In this document: one piece after another, positions 1-9,863 of the stretch
How the letters are laid out: each line of letters opens with the position of its first letter
Numbering within the stretch: the first letter of the stretch is position 1
Origin: Opitutales bacterium
GTDB taxonomy: Bacteria; Verrucomicrobiota; Verrucomicrobiia; Opitutales; PNEW01
DNA length: 64,000 bases
Direction: 5' to 3'
Assembly: GCA_965197745.1 (NCBI GenBank)
Contig: CBDANS010000007.1
Coordinates: 1,628,306-1,692,305 of the forward strand
The notes under the pieces: model-generated
The model's input: the letters and a program-made list of their open reading frames with translations, nothing else
Databases searched by the model: none
What the model was told of the DNA's origin: nothing
Made by a program: the position numbers and the translations under genes

Positions 1-1686
1 GTAGCATTTGCCACGATTTTATTCGTGGGAGTAGTTTTAGTTTCAACATTAATATTTATTGTCATCCCGCGATTTCGGCTTGATCAGGCCATTCCTTTTT
101 TGAATCTAAAGAGCCAGAAGAGCCGATCAGGATTCAGTGATACTATTCATTTCGGAGAGGTCGTAGAAATAATTGAAGATAATAGCGTGGCTCTTCGTGT
201 TGATTTGCCGGAGGGCACAAAAATCCCCCAAACTCCCTATTGGCGAATGGTAGTGCTCGATGAATATTTAAATGAGACATTTCGCATGTCCTCATCCGCT
301 CGGTTGAAGAACATTTACGATATTAATAATGTCATAAAATTAAAAAAAGATTACCTTGAGTCTCAGGGTTCGAGAGATGCGTCGAAATGGACCTTTTATT
401 TAGAAGGGGGAATCAGCAGATATTTACCTTCACTCGGGTTTTATGACATCTTGCGTTTTCAGACGCGTCAAAATGTTGAAATAAATCGGCATCTACGTAT
501 CAACAGCACCAAAGATATCAGCAGCAGTGTTCTATTTTACCAGGTGGAGAACATGCAACCGACGAATATATATCCGAGGACATGGTATGAGCGGAAATTA
601 GCTGACTTAAAACCACTGATCATAGAACCTTTCAGTCCCCAGTCGAAGCGCGCTATTTTGTACCCGCAGACGACTTTAGTATTACCTGGCGGTAATGATA
701 ATATTGAAATCCTGGAGAAGATCGTCGGCGAAATTACGGGAGGAGAAATGCTTTCGGCTCGCGATTTTACAAAACGCGCGCTCGATTATTTAAATCGAAA
801 GCATAGCTATGACCTGGGTTACGATCTATCTGAGAACCGTGACAAAGGCGATGTTATGGTTCGATGGCTTAAAACTGATGCGCCCGGGCACTGTGAACTT
901 TTTGCAGGGGCCTTTACTTTGCTCGCGCGCACGGCAGGTCATCCTACCCGAATTGTTACGGGGTTTAAAGGGGGCGCGTGGAACGGCTATGAAAACTATT
1001 ACATGGTCCGCAACAGTAACGCCCACGCCTGGTGTGAAATTTATGATGGAAAAGATTCCTGGTTACTCGTTGATCCTACACCTGGGGCTCAAGGTATTGA
1101 TGTATCCGGTGATCTGCTTGCCGCCAGCACCTTCTATATAGATGATACCTGGCGGGCTTATCTCGATAGCTTGCGCATTCTCTGGTATCGACGGATCGTT
1201 AATTTTGATAAAGCGACGCAGGAAGAATTAACAAACCAGATAAGACTGGTGGGTTCAGAATTTCTCAACTTCCTAAAGGATGAGATTAAACAATGGTTTA
1301 AGGAAATGGCAACCTGGTTCAATTTGCCATTAAACAGTGCGAAATTTCTGCGCCTCACAATGTTAATTGCTATTTTCATATCGGTATTGATCATTTTTCA
1401 CTATCGAGCCTATTTAATTTTCCGTCTCGGTGAAGAAGCGAGGTTTCTTGGGTTTGATTTCAAAAGTGATCCGGTGCGCAAGAAAGCGGGCAAATATGTT
1501 GTTAAATTCCGCGATAAACAGAGCGAGATTGCGTATGCTTATGGCAGCACGACTAAAGAATGGCAAAATGTATATCGCGACCTGCTCAATCTTCGATTCA
1601 GTGACGGTTACAATCGGCCGATTCCAAGGATCGTATTTCGCAATGCCCGCCGCCTGATTAAACAAAAACAGAAGGAATTAACTTAG
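1..1686 (+). CDS. Transglutaminase-like domain membrane protein (5' partial; the frame is open to the window edge)
   Basis: Cys-His-Asp core: GHCELFAGAF ... NAHAWCEIY ... LLVDPTP. C-terminal TM segment LTMLIAIFISVLIIF. No stop codon between nt 1 and the listed GTG at 25. Confidence 0.8.
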   Translation, partial: VAFATILFVGVVLVSTLIFIVIPRFRLDQAIPFLNLKSQKSRSGFSDTIHFGEVVEIIEDNSVALRVDLPEGTKIPQTPYWRMVVLDEYLNETFRMSSSARLKNIYDINNVIKLKKDYLESQGSRDASKWTFYLEGGISRYLPSLGFYDILRFQTRQNVEINRHLRINSTKDISSSVLFYQVENMQPTNIYPRTWYERKLADLKPLIIEPFSPQSKRAILYPQTTLVLPGGNDNIEILEKIVGEITGGEMLSARDFTKRALDYLNRKHSYDLGYDLSENRDKGDVMVRWLKTDAPGHCELFAGAFTLLARTAGHPTRIVTGFKGGAWNGYENYYMVRNSNAHAWCEIYDGKDSWLLVDPTPGAQGIDVSGDLLAASTFYIDDTWRAYLDSLRILWYRRIVNFDKATQEELTNQIRLVGSEFLNFLKDEIKQWFKEMATWFNLPLNSAKFLRLTMLIAIFISVLIIFHYRAYLIFRLGEEARFLGFDFKSDPVRKKAGKYVVKFRDKQSEIAYAYGSTTKEWQNVYRDLLNLRFSDGYNRPIPRIVFRNARRLIKQKQKELT

Positions 1687-1732
1687 AGCGTATGGCGAAA
1701 ATGACTGACCGTCATTTTCACTCTCAACCTCC

Positions 1733-2818
1733 TTACCTCGGGCGCCTGAAATCGGGATTAGGAAATGGCGGAAATGTTTTATGAGGTTCCTGCTGATACC
1801 AATAAGCAACTGAGGCAATATCGTCGGCAAGGGGCTGAAATTGACGGTTAGGCCACCAACCGAGGGCTTGAATAGTAACGCGTAAGTCTTTTTCGAAGCA
1901 GATAGGATCCATGATATGCCATCGGTAGAGGCTCCACTTCGGAGGACCATTTTCACCGGCATGTTTCAGGGTATTGCCAACATAAGCGGTATTGTAAAGC
2001 TCGGGAAATCCATAGCTGGCGCAAAAATAATCTTCAGTCCCAGTGCCGCAAATGGTCGGAAACTCACTATCCCCATCCATGAAAAATTTAATTTCACCTT
2101 CTCCGAACCAACCATCCGACAATTGAGTCCAGGCGAGAAAGGTGCCGACATAGCGCCCCCGGCCTTCAACCTCATCAAGGATCAGGTAATCGGGATTCGT
2201 TCGATCCGTAACGGCGCGCCGCCATTGAGCATGTAAATAACCTGCGTCATCGGGAATAGCGGATTCAGCATAGGTAATCTGATAGGCGAGAAGCTCCATA
2301 TCGTTATCTGATTCATTTGAAAATGTGACTCTCGCATGTTTACGAAATGGCATGGGCCAATAACAATTGAGAGCAGATGTGGGATTGACAATGACGGCTA
2401 AAGAATTCACCGGGGCGATCAAATCGTGACCGACAGAGAAGAAATCCGCGAGCGGAACTTCAATCGACGGCGTTTCTTCATGATCCCAGTAAAATCGCAA
2501 GACACAGGCTCTGCCTTGCCCTTTCCATTTTCTATCAGAGACAATCCAGATATGCTGAATAACACCGGGCCCATCTACATCCATGAGGGTTACCGTCTCA
2601 TGGGCTTTGGGATTTAAGAATGGTCTGACTTTCCAACCCTGCCCCAGATCGAGAGCATGGCTCGAGTGTGGGAGATCAGGATCGTTTGGATCGGGAATCG
2701 CCATCCCTCCGCTACTTTTAGCTCCCGTGGGGTTTTCAGCGGAGATAGACCGCGTCCTCATATCCGACAAAAGTGGCAATGCCCCCAAACCTGGTATTAA
2801 ACCCGAATAGTTATCCAT
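1733..2818 (-). CDS. DUF2961 / glycoside hydrolase family 172-like protein
   Basis: N-terminal RSISAENPTG and the DVDGPGVIQHIWIV motif are typical of DUF2961. Full-length 361 aa ORF. Confidence 0.65.
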   Translation of the reverse strand: MDNYSGLIPGLGALPLLSDMRTRSISAENPTGAKSSGGMAIPDPNDPDLPHSSHALDLGQGWKVRPFLNPKAHETVTLMDVDGPGVIQHIWIVSDRKWKGQGRACVLRFYWDHEETPSIEVPLADFFSVGHDLIAPVNSLAVIVNPTSALNCYWPMPFRKHARVTFSNESDNDMELLAYQITYAESAIPDDAGYLHAQWRRAVTDRTNPDYLILDEVEGRGRYVGTFLAWTQLSDGWFGEGEIKFFMDGDSEFPTICGTGTEDYFCASYGFPELYNTAYVGNTLKHAGENGPPKWSLYRWHIMDPICFEKDLRVTIQALGWWPNRQFQPLADDIASVAYWYQQEPHKTFPPFPNPDFRRPR

Positions 2819-2859
2819 ATTTAAATGTAGTTAAAGCTGCATGAGGAGGGTCGAGACTT

Positions 2860-4770
2860 TTAATTTTCGACGGCAGTCAACGCATAATTACGGATCATCT
2901 TTCTTTTTTGAAAAAAAGATTGCAAGATGCTTTTAGCCAGAGGTCCCGCTGTTTTTCCCCCGGTATAATTATCGTCGGTTTCGGAACCCTGGACGCAGAC
3001 GGCAACAGCGATTTGGGGATCGTCAACAGGGGCGAACCCGATAAACCAGGCAACCGAGAGGTTTCTGTTGTCAGCACGAAATTGCGCGGTTCCTGTTTTG
3101 CCCGCAATACGCATTCCGGGAATTCTCACTGATTTTGCTGTTCCTTTTTCTACCGCCAGTTCCATGCCATTAATTATCTTTTGGTATTGGTTATCATCGA
3201 TGACTATTGGCTGACCCGCATGACTGATATCATGACGTGAGCGGCTGGTTTGAAAGAGAAGGGTGGGGCGCGTGCGCGTTTCTTTTCGAGCGAACGATGC
3301 GGTAAATGCGGCCATCTGTAAAGGGGTGACGCGCAAGTAACCATGGCCGATGGCGACATTAGCGGTTTCACCCGCGGACCAACGACCCAATAGCCGGTTC
3401 TTTTTCCATGCGGGGTCGGGGACAATCATATGTTTTGTCTCGGTATTCAGCTCAATACCCGTAGAGACATCAAAACCAAAATTTTTAGCTTCTTTACTGA
3501 GGATGTCGATTCCCGCCAATAGACCGACTTTGTAAAAATAAACATTACAACTATATTGAATGGCCGACTCGAGGTTGACTTTGCCATGGCCGTTAAGTTT
3601 GTGACAATGGAATCTTCTATCACCGACAAGGAGTGATCCCGGGCAGATAAAAACCGTGTCAGTATTTATTTTTCCCGTTTTCAGTACAGCGAGAGCGGTG
3701 ATTAATTTAAAAGCTGATGCCGGCGGATAAAGTCCCTGTGTGGCCCGATTCATCCAGGCTCCTTTTTCACGAATCTCACGATCAATTTTATAGGAAATGA
3801 AAGGAGACAAATCATTCAAATTAAAGTTCGGTTTACTGGCCAATGCATAGACTTCACCCGTTCTTACATCAATCGCGACAATTGCGCCAATTTTAGAACC
3901 GAGCGCATTCTCAGCAATTACCTGTAAGTCGACATCAATGCTGGTATTTAGATCTTTGCCTCTGATCGGAAGTTTTTGAGAAACAAGTTCATATTGAAAA
4001 CCAAAAGGGTCGACGACCCAGATCTCGCTTCCACTGCTGCCCTGAAGTATATTATCAAAACTGTTTTCCAGTCCCGAACGGCCTATTTTTCCTTTAAAAG
4101 TGAAGGTTGTAAGGTCTTTGCCGGGGACGCCCTCTCGAGAAACTTCATAGGTTGAAACGACAAAACCAAGCGTATGCACCGCGGCTGAATTGTAAGGATA
4201 GTAGCGTGCACTGTCGGTATAAATTTGTATGAAGGATTCAACAGGGATATGCTCCGCTATCTTTGCGTATTCCTCGAAAGTGAGATCAGTCGCTAATTTA
4301 TATGGCAAAAGAAGCTTTTGATGGAAATGTCGTTCGATATCATTCCGCTCAATCTTACGCTCAATTTCAAGAATAACATTTATTATTTGCAGGTATTTCT
4401 CCACGACATTTTTTCTGGCGGTAACCTGAATCTCTAAACTGTCGACATGCTGTTCGGTCTTTCGGTATTGCCTTACGAGCTTTATATATTCTTTACGAAA
4501 TTCAGGGCGAAGCTCGTTCAAATATACAACCGCGGAAAATCTCGGGCGATTGCCTACCATCAGGCGTCCTTCCCGATCATAAATGTTTCCCCGTGGTCCA
4601 GGCAGAAGAATGCGGCGCAAACTCTGTTTTTCCTCCTGTTCTCGATACCTGTGACTCTGGAATAACTGTCGGATCAATAAACCCGAGCCCAGGACTAAAA
4701 ACAACAATACGAATACGATGTAAAACAATCGCAATCGCGGATTAAAATTTCTATGAAATTCAAATTCCAT
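2860..4770 (-). CDS. mrdA: Penicillin-binding protein 2 (elongasome transpeptidase)
   Basis: SxxK (SAFK), SxN (SCN) and KTG (KTGTAQ) motifs, an N-terminal TM anchor, and a position immediately downstream of mreBCD. Confidence 0.9.
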   Translation of the reverse strand: MEFEFHRNFNPRLRLFYIVFVLLFLVLGSGLLIRQLFQSHRYREQEEKQSLRRILLPGPRGNIYDREGRLMVGNRPRFSAVVYLNELRPEFRKEYIKLVRQYRKTEQHVDSLEIQVTARKNVVEKYLQIINVILEIERKIERNDIERHFHQKLLLPYKLATDLTFEEYAKIAEHIPVESFIQIYTDSARYYPYNSAAVHTLGFVVSTYEVSREGVPGKDLTTFTFKGKIGRSGLENSFDNILQGSSGSEIWVVDPFGFQYELVSQKLPIRGKDLNTSIDVDLQVIAENALGSKIGAIVAIDVRTGEVYALASKPNFNLNDLSPFISYKIDREIREKGAWMNRATQGLYPPASAFKLITALAVLKTGKINTDTVFICPGSLLVGDRRFHCHKLNGHGKVNLESAIQYSCNVYFYKVGLLAGIDILSKEAKNFGFDVSTGIELNTETKHMIVPDPAWKKNRLLGRWSAGETANVAIGHGYLRVTPLQMAAFTASFARKETRTRPTLLFQTSRSRHDISHAGQPIVIDDNQYQKIINGMELAVEKGTAKSVRIPGMRIAGKTGTAQFRADNRNLSVAWFIGFAPVDDPQIAVAVCVQGSETDDNYTGGKTAGPLAKSILQSFFQKRKMIRNYALTAVEN

Positions 4771-4786
4771 AATTAATTATATCCGA

Positions 4787-5314
4787 TTAATTATTTCCTG
4801 CGTCAACGACGAGGGGTTTACCGGATTTAAGCGCAAATAATTTCTGCATTTCAAGCGTTGCGGGAGCAATTATAAATAAAACCAGTCCGGAAAGAACGAG
4901 ATCTGTTAAGCATCTTGTCCAATAAGGATCTTCAAAAAAGACGCCTCTTCCCATAAGGAGAGTGACCACGAGCATATAAGCGCAGTTAAAATAGAGAGCG
5001 ATGAGAACAATATGGTTACGATTTGTGGTCCTCAACCGTGATTCGAACTTTCGTATAAGAATATAGCCAGTGATAAATAATAAGAGCGATGTGCCATAAG
5101 GTAAAGGGAGCAAGGCATCGAGAAGAAGAGCGATAAATGCGACGAGAAGTAATCCTGGCCAGAAAGCCATGTAAAGCGTGGGAAAAAGTAAATACAAACT
5201 GACGAGAGTAAGAGAAATAGAAAAACGAGCTAAGGTATTGTTGAGGGAAACGATTACCATATAAAGCAAAAGAGAAAGTAAAAGAATAATCAGAATTTGT
5301 CTTAACTGATTCAT
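4787..5314 (-). CDS. mreD: Rod shape-determining protein MreD
   Basis: Polytopic 175 aa membrane protein. It overlaps the mreC stop (ATGA-type overlap at 5311-5314), in the conserved mreC-mreD order. Confidence 0.7.
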   Translation of the reverse strand: MNQLRQILIILLLSLLLYMVIVSLNNTLARFSISLTLVSLYLLFPTLYMAFWPGLLLVAFIALLLDALLPLPYGTSLLLFITGYILIRKFESRLRTTNRNHIVLIALYFNCAYMLVVTLLMGRGVFFEDPYWTRCLTDLVLSGLVLFIIAPATLEMQKLFALKSGKPLVVDAGNN

Positions 5315-6156
5315 TGATCGATTATTCCCTCCTCGAAAATGGGATTTAAGACCGTAACTTCCTTTAAGCTGAGGAGGTCTTTGCTTAGGTCTACTTCACC
5401 GACTTGAAATAAACCGTTACTACTAGGCGCAAAGCTTTCTACCCAACCAATGGTAAGACCATCGGGAAAAACGCCACCGAGTCGAGAGGTCGCCAGACGA
5501 AGAGGTGTTGAGGGATTGATTGACACATCGACTTGCACATCTTTGATAATGCCGGAAGGTTCGGCCAATGTATTATTGAGATGGCCGTAAAAGGTAACCG
5601 GTCGCTCGTCCCCATCAAATTGCGCGGCGATACGGAAAGTGCGACTGCTCACTAATTCTACGACTGAGGTAAACTGCCGCACTTCTTTTATACGGCCGAC
5701 TACGCCCCCGGAGTAAACGACTGCTGCCCCTTGGATTATATTATAATTCTTCCCTTTGCGAATGAGAACCTGCTGCCACCAGCTGTTTATATCACGACGT
5801 ATAACCCGAGAAACTTCATATCGATATTGGGGCAGCGATGGAAGTTGAAGCAATTTTTCGAGACGCCTCACTTCGGATTCGAGTGAATCGAACTGTTGCA
5901 GTCGCAATTCGTAAGCGGCATTTAAGCGAGCGAGGTCCTGACCGGCTTCGATAAGGTCAATTTTAGAATGACTTCGATTCGACCAGAAATCCTGGAGGTT
6001 GGTAAGGTAGGAAACAGCAGTCCAGGCAGGTGCTTGAAATTCAAAGAAACTGACACGTAATGTGGACTTGATAACAGTGGGAATCAACCACCATAAAATC
6101 AATACGAAGATAAGTATGGCTAGGGGCTTCCCGAGGAAAGTTAGCTTATTAGCCAA
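5311..6156 (-). CDS. mreC: Rod shape-determining protein MreC
   Basis: N-terminal TM segment, coiled-coil (LRLQQFDSLESEVRRLEKLL), then a beta-rich domain. Sits between mreB and mreD. Confidence 0.85.
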   Translation of the reverse strand: MANKLTFLGKPLAILIFVLILWWLIPTVIKSTLRVSFFEFQAPAWTAVSYLTNLQDFWSNRSHSKIDLIEAGQDLARLNAAYELRLQQFDSLESEVRRLEKLLQLPSLPQYRYEVSRVIRRDINSWWQQVLIRKGKNYNIIQGAAVVYSGGVVGRIKEVRQFTSVVELVSSRTFRIAAQFDGDERPVTFYGHLNNTLAEPSGIIKDVQVDVSINPSTPLRLATSRLGGVFPDGLTIGWVESFAPSSNGLFQVGEVDLSKDLLSLKEVTVLNPIFEEGIIDQ

Positions 6157-6176
6157 GGGAAGGTTTCCTTTATTGA

Positions 6177-7214
6177 TTAACTGGTTCGGTGCTTAAGCAA
6201 CCAGCTTAAATCCTGAAGAACGATGCCCGTTCCGTTCGCCACTGCACTGAGGGGGTCTTCGGCTACAATTACAGGAACTCCGGTTCCATCGCTTAATAAA
6301 CGGTCCAGCCCGCGGATGAGTGAACCACCGCCTCCGAGGATAAAACCGCGATCAACGAGATCTGCGGATAGTTCCGGGGGACATCGTTCCAGAGCATTAC
6401 GCACCAGTTCAGTTATCGAGTTTAAGGTATCGGCCAGCGCTTCACGAATTTCCTGAGATGTAATATGAAGTGTTTTAGGTAAGCCGGCTACAGTGTCGCG
6501 CCCCTTCACTTCAAACGTTAACTCTTCATCCAGGGAGACGGCCGACCCGATACGTATTTTAATTTCTTCGGCGGTACTTTCTCCAATCATAAGGTTATAA
6601 GCTCGCCGCATATAATTAGTAATTGAAAGATCCATTTCGTCGCCACCAACACGAATACTTCGAGTAAAAACAACACCTGAAAGTGAGATTATCGCGACTT
6701 CGGTCGTGCCACCACCAATATCAACAATCATGTTAGCCGTCGGTTCATCGATAGGCAAACCGACACCGATAGCGGCGGCCATGGGTTCTTGTAAGAGAAC
6801 AACTCTACTTGCTCCAGCGTGAGTGGCTGATTCGCGAACCGCGCGTCGTTCCACTTCGGTAATACCACTGGGGACTGCTACGACAACTCTTGGCGGAACA
6901 AACTTAAAATTGACGTGCACCTTACTGATGAAGTAACGTAGCATGGCTTCAGTAATTTCAAAATTAGCGATGACACCATCTTTCATCGGGCGGACAACCA
7001 TGATATTTTCCGGAGTTCGCCCCAACATTCTTTTGGCATCGTTACCGACGGCAACAACCTCCCGTGTTTCGGTACGTATAGCAACGACGCTAGGTTCACG
7101 TAAGACGATACCTTTGTCTCTTACGTATACCAGCGTATTCGCTGTGCCTAGGTCTATCCCGATATCATTCGAAAAGAAACCTACAACATTCTTTAACGTG
7201 TGAGCGTTCAACAT
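6177..7214 (-). CDS. mreB: Rod shape-determining protein MreB (actin-like ATPase)
   Basis: DIGIDLGTANTLVY, DIGGGTTEVA and GGGSLIRGLD motifs. 345 aa. Confidence 0.95.
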   Translation of the reverse strand: MLNAHTLKNVVGFFSNDIGIDLGTANTLVYVRDKGIVLREPSVVAIRTETREVVAVGNDAKRMLGRTPENIMVVRPMKDGVIANFEITEAMLRYFISKVHVNFKFVPPRVVVAVPSGITEVERRAVRESATHAGASRVVLLQEPMAAAIGVGLPIDEPTANMIVDIGGGTTEVAIISLSGVVFTRSIRVGGDEMDLSITNYMRRAYNLMIGESTAEEIKIRIGSAVSLDEELTFEVKGRDTVAGLPKTLHITSQEIREALADTLNSITELVRNALERCPPELSADLVDRGFILGGGGSLIRGLDRLLSDGTGVPVIVAEDPLSAVANGTGIVLQDLSWLLKHRTS

Positions 7215-7448
7215 TGACGCTATGTTATTCAGAGGGGTTCTCTATAGGATAAGCAATAATGTCAAAGACATAATTTATTAATTGATAACTTTTTGTGAAC
7301 CTTGATTAAATTTATTTACATTATCTACGCTCTTGGCAAGTCGATTCTTTAATTGATGAATTATACAGATTTCTTTTTTATCTTAGAGTGGACATATTTT
7401 GGCGTTTTATGATTTTACTTAGTTAAAAAGTTAAGCTCAGAAATTATA

Positions 7449-9800
7449 ATGTCTTTAATTTCCGTAAACACGGTAGCGGCTGTAATATCTAACCAATACA
7501 GCATTATAAATGATTTGGGCGTGATCCTCGTTGGTATAGCGATCGCGGCTATCCTCTTTCATAAAATCCGGCAACCGGTTATTATTGGTTACGTTTTAGT
7601 CGGTCTGCTCCTGGGGCCGTATTTATTTTCGAATACGATTATTCATAGTTTTGATACGGTGCACGCTCTTGGTGAGCTGGGTATCGTTTTCCTTCTTTTT
7701 AATATTGGTTTAGAATTTGACCTGCGGCGTCTGCAACGTGTTTTAGGGCCGGCGACCCTTGCCATTATTTTACAGACAGCGGGCATGGTGATTCTCGGCA
7801 TGCTTATCGCGCCCGTTTTAGGATGGGACACAACGCATGCGGTTTTTTTGGGAAGCCTTCTTGCCATCAGTTCCTCGATGGTCACTTATAAAATATTACG
7901 CGATCAAGGTCGCATCAAACATCCGCATGCCCAACTGGCGATTGGAATCCTTATTCTCGAAGATCTCCTTGGTGTCGCCATTCTTGTTTTGCTGACCGGG
8001 GTGGCCGTGACCGGACATTTTGCCTGGGGATCAGTATGGCAAGTAACTTTTTTCGTGGGAGTTTTTGTCGTCGTCGTTTATTTTTCAGGCAAGTTGATCG
8101 CGCCCGCGATTTTAAATTTTATCTACCGTTTTGGCAGCATAGAATTGATTACCCTATTTGCGGTTGGAATGGTTTTTGGAATCAGCGTGCTCGCGCAGGT
8201 TTTTCATTTCTCTGTCGCGCTCGGCGCATTTCTTGCAGGTTCTATATTTTCCCATACTGAGCATGTTGAGGAAATTGAAAATGCGATGCGTCCGATGTAC
8301 GATGTATTTTGCGCGATATTTTTCGTGTCCGTGGGCATGTTAATTAATCCCGTTCTTCTCATTGAAAACGGGGTGTGGATCATTTTTCTTTCGCTCCTGG
8401 TAATCGCCGGTAAAATCATTACTTGCTGGACTGGTTTATTTCTCGCGGGACAGCCATCACGAAGCAGCTTTCGAGCAGCTGTGGCCAAGTGCCAGATTGC
8501 GGAATTCAGCTTCATCATCGCGGAATTAGGGCAGAGGCTTAATGTTACGGATCAAAACCTTACAACCGGTGCTATCGGTGTGGCTTTAATCACCATAACA
8601 TTAACGCCGCTCCTCAGTAATCACTCGGAGAAGATCTATAAAGCAATGGCCCGCAGATCGCCAGAACCGGTTCGAATTATCGGGCGATTTTATCACAATC
8701 TGTTGGAGACTATTTTTACGGTAATCGGCCGCAACACCTTACTGCGTCTTATCAAAAGACCTATTCTGCACATATTGGGATACTTTTTTTTATTTAATGG
8801 GGTCGTTTTTATAAGCTATTTCGCGGCACTCTTTGTCGAGAAGCAAGGGCTGGGAGGCTCTTACCATTATTTAATATACAGTGGAATATGGTTACTGGCA
8901 GCATTGGCGATGCTGCCTCCAATCGTAGCGATTATCCGCAATTCTGATGTTATTGTGATGTTGGTCTCGGAATCGGTTTTAGGATCCGGTGCCACGAGCC
9001 AAACGTTTAAAGGACGTATGCGTAATATTTTTAACAACCTAATCCTCCTTTTAGTGTTAGTCTACGTGGGGGGTATTTACTTGTCAGCAGCAGCCAGATA
9101 TTTCCCCAAGGGCCTGGCGTTGGTTCTTTTTTTTGGATTAATTTTCACGGTCGGATTTATTTTTTGGCGACATATGATTGCCCTTAATTCCCGAATTGAA
9201 ATTCTATTTATGAAAAGCCTTAACCAGCGCTCATACGATATGGATGAAAAACGGCGCTCAACGATAATGAGAGAGATCTCGAGTAAACACTCCTGGCCCG
9301 TTCATTTACAGGAGATGACCGTGAAAAGTGGGACCCTGGCCAATGGTAAACGGATACTTGATTTAAATCTGCGCAGACAAACAGGTTCGACCATTATCGC
9401 AATGGGTCGAGGCAGCACTCACATCTTTGATCCCAGTCCCGACGCTCCCATTTTTGCCGGTGATCATCTTCTTCTTTTGGGGAGCGAGACGCAAACTCAG
9501 AAAGCAGTCGATTTTCTTTCAGCAAAATCAAGGGATGAAAAGATTTCACCGCTAGCTTCATTTAAAACCGAACAGGTCTACTTAAATCCGGGATCAGAAC
9601 TCGATGGTAACACGCTTGCCGGGGCTGACTTACGCCGTCGCTATGGTATCAATGTTGTCGGTTTACAGAGGGGGACCAAACGCATGACTTCACCGCCCGC
9701 TGATGAAATACTTCGCGCCGGTGATATTCTCCTGGTGGTATGTGAACCTGAAGCTTTAGCAGATTTCCAAAATAAGAGCAACCCGAAGCCCTCCTCATAG
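7449..9800 (+). CDS. CPA2-family monovalent cation:proton antiporter with two C-terminal RCK_C/TrkA-C domains
   Basis: N-terminal 12-13 TM Na+/H+ exchanger-like region, then two repeats of the RCK_C pattern (LANGKRILDLNLR..GSTIIAMGRG and LAGADLRRRYGINVVGLQRG). Confidence 0.8.
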   Translation: MSLISVNTVAAVISNQYSIINDLGVILVGIAIAAILFHKIRQPVIIGYVLVGLLLGPYLFSNTIIHSFDTVHALGELGIVFLLFNIGLEFDLRRLQRVLGPATLAIILQTAGMVILGMLIAPVLGWDTTHAVFLGSLLAISSSMVTYKILRDQGRIKHPHAQLAIGILILEDLLGVAILVLLTGVAVTGHFAWGSVWQVTFFVGVFVVVVYFSGKLIAPAILNFIYRFGSIELITLFAVGMVFGISVLAQVFHFSVALGAFLAGSIFSHTEHVEEIENAMRPMYDVFCAIFFVSVGMLINPVLLIENGVWIIFLSLLVIAGKIITCWTGLFLAGQPSRSSFRAAVAKCQIAEFSFIIAELGQRLNVTDQNLTTGAIGVALITITLTPLLSNHSEKIYKAMARRSPEPVRIIGRFYHNLLETIFTVIGRNTLLRLIKRPILHILGYFFLFNGVVFISYFAALFVEKQGLGGSYHYLIYSGIWLLAALAMLPPIVAIIRNSDVIVMLVSESVLGSGATSQTFKGRMRNIFNNLILLLVLVYVGGIYLSAAARYFPKGLALVLFFGLIFTVGFIFWRHMIALNSRIEILFMKSLNQRSYDMDEKRRSTIMREISSKHSWPVHLQEMTVKSGTLANGKRILDLNLRRQTGSTIIAMGRGSTHIFDPSPDAPIFAGDHLLLLGSETQTQKAVDFLSAKSRDEKISPLASFKTEQVYLNPGSELDGNTLAGADLRRRYGINVVGLQRGTKRMTSPPADEILRAGDILLVVCEPEALADFQNKSNPKPSS

Positions 9801-9863
9801 ATTTCACATTGCTTATGAACCCAGTCTTTATTTATTTTTCTGAAGTAGAGTATCAAAAATAAT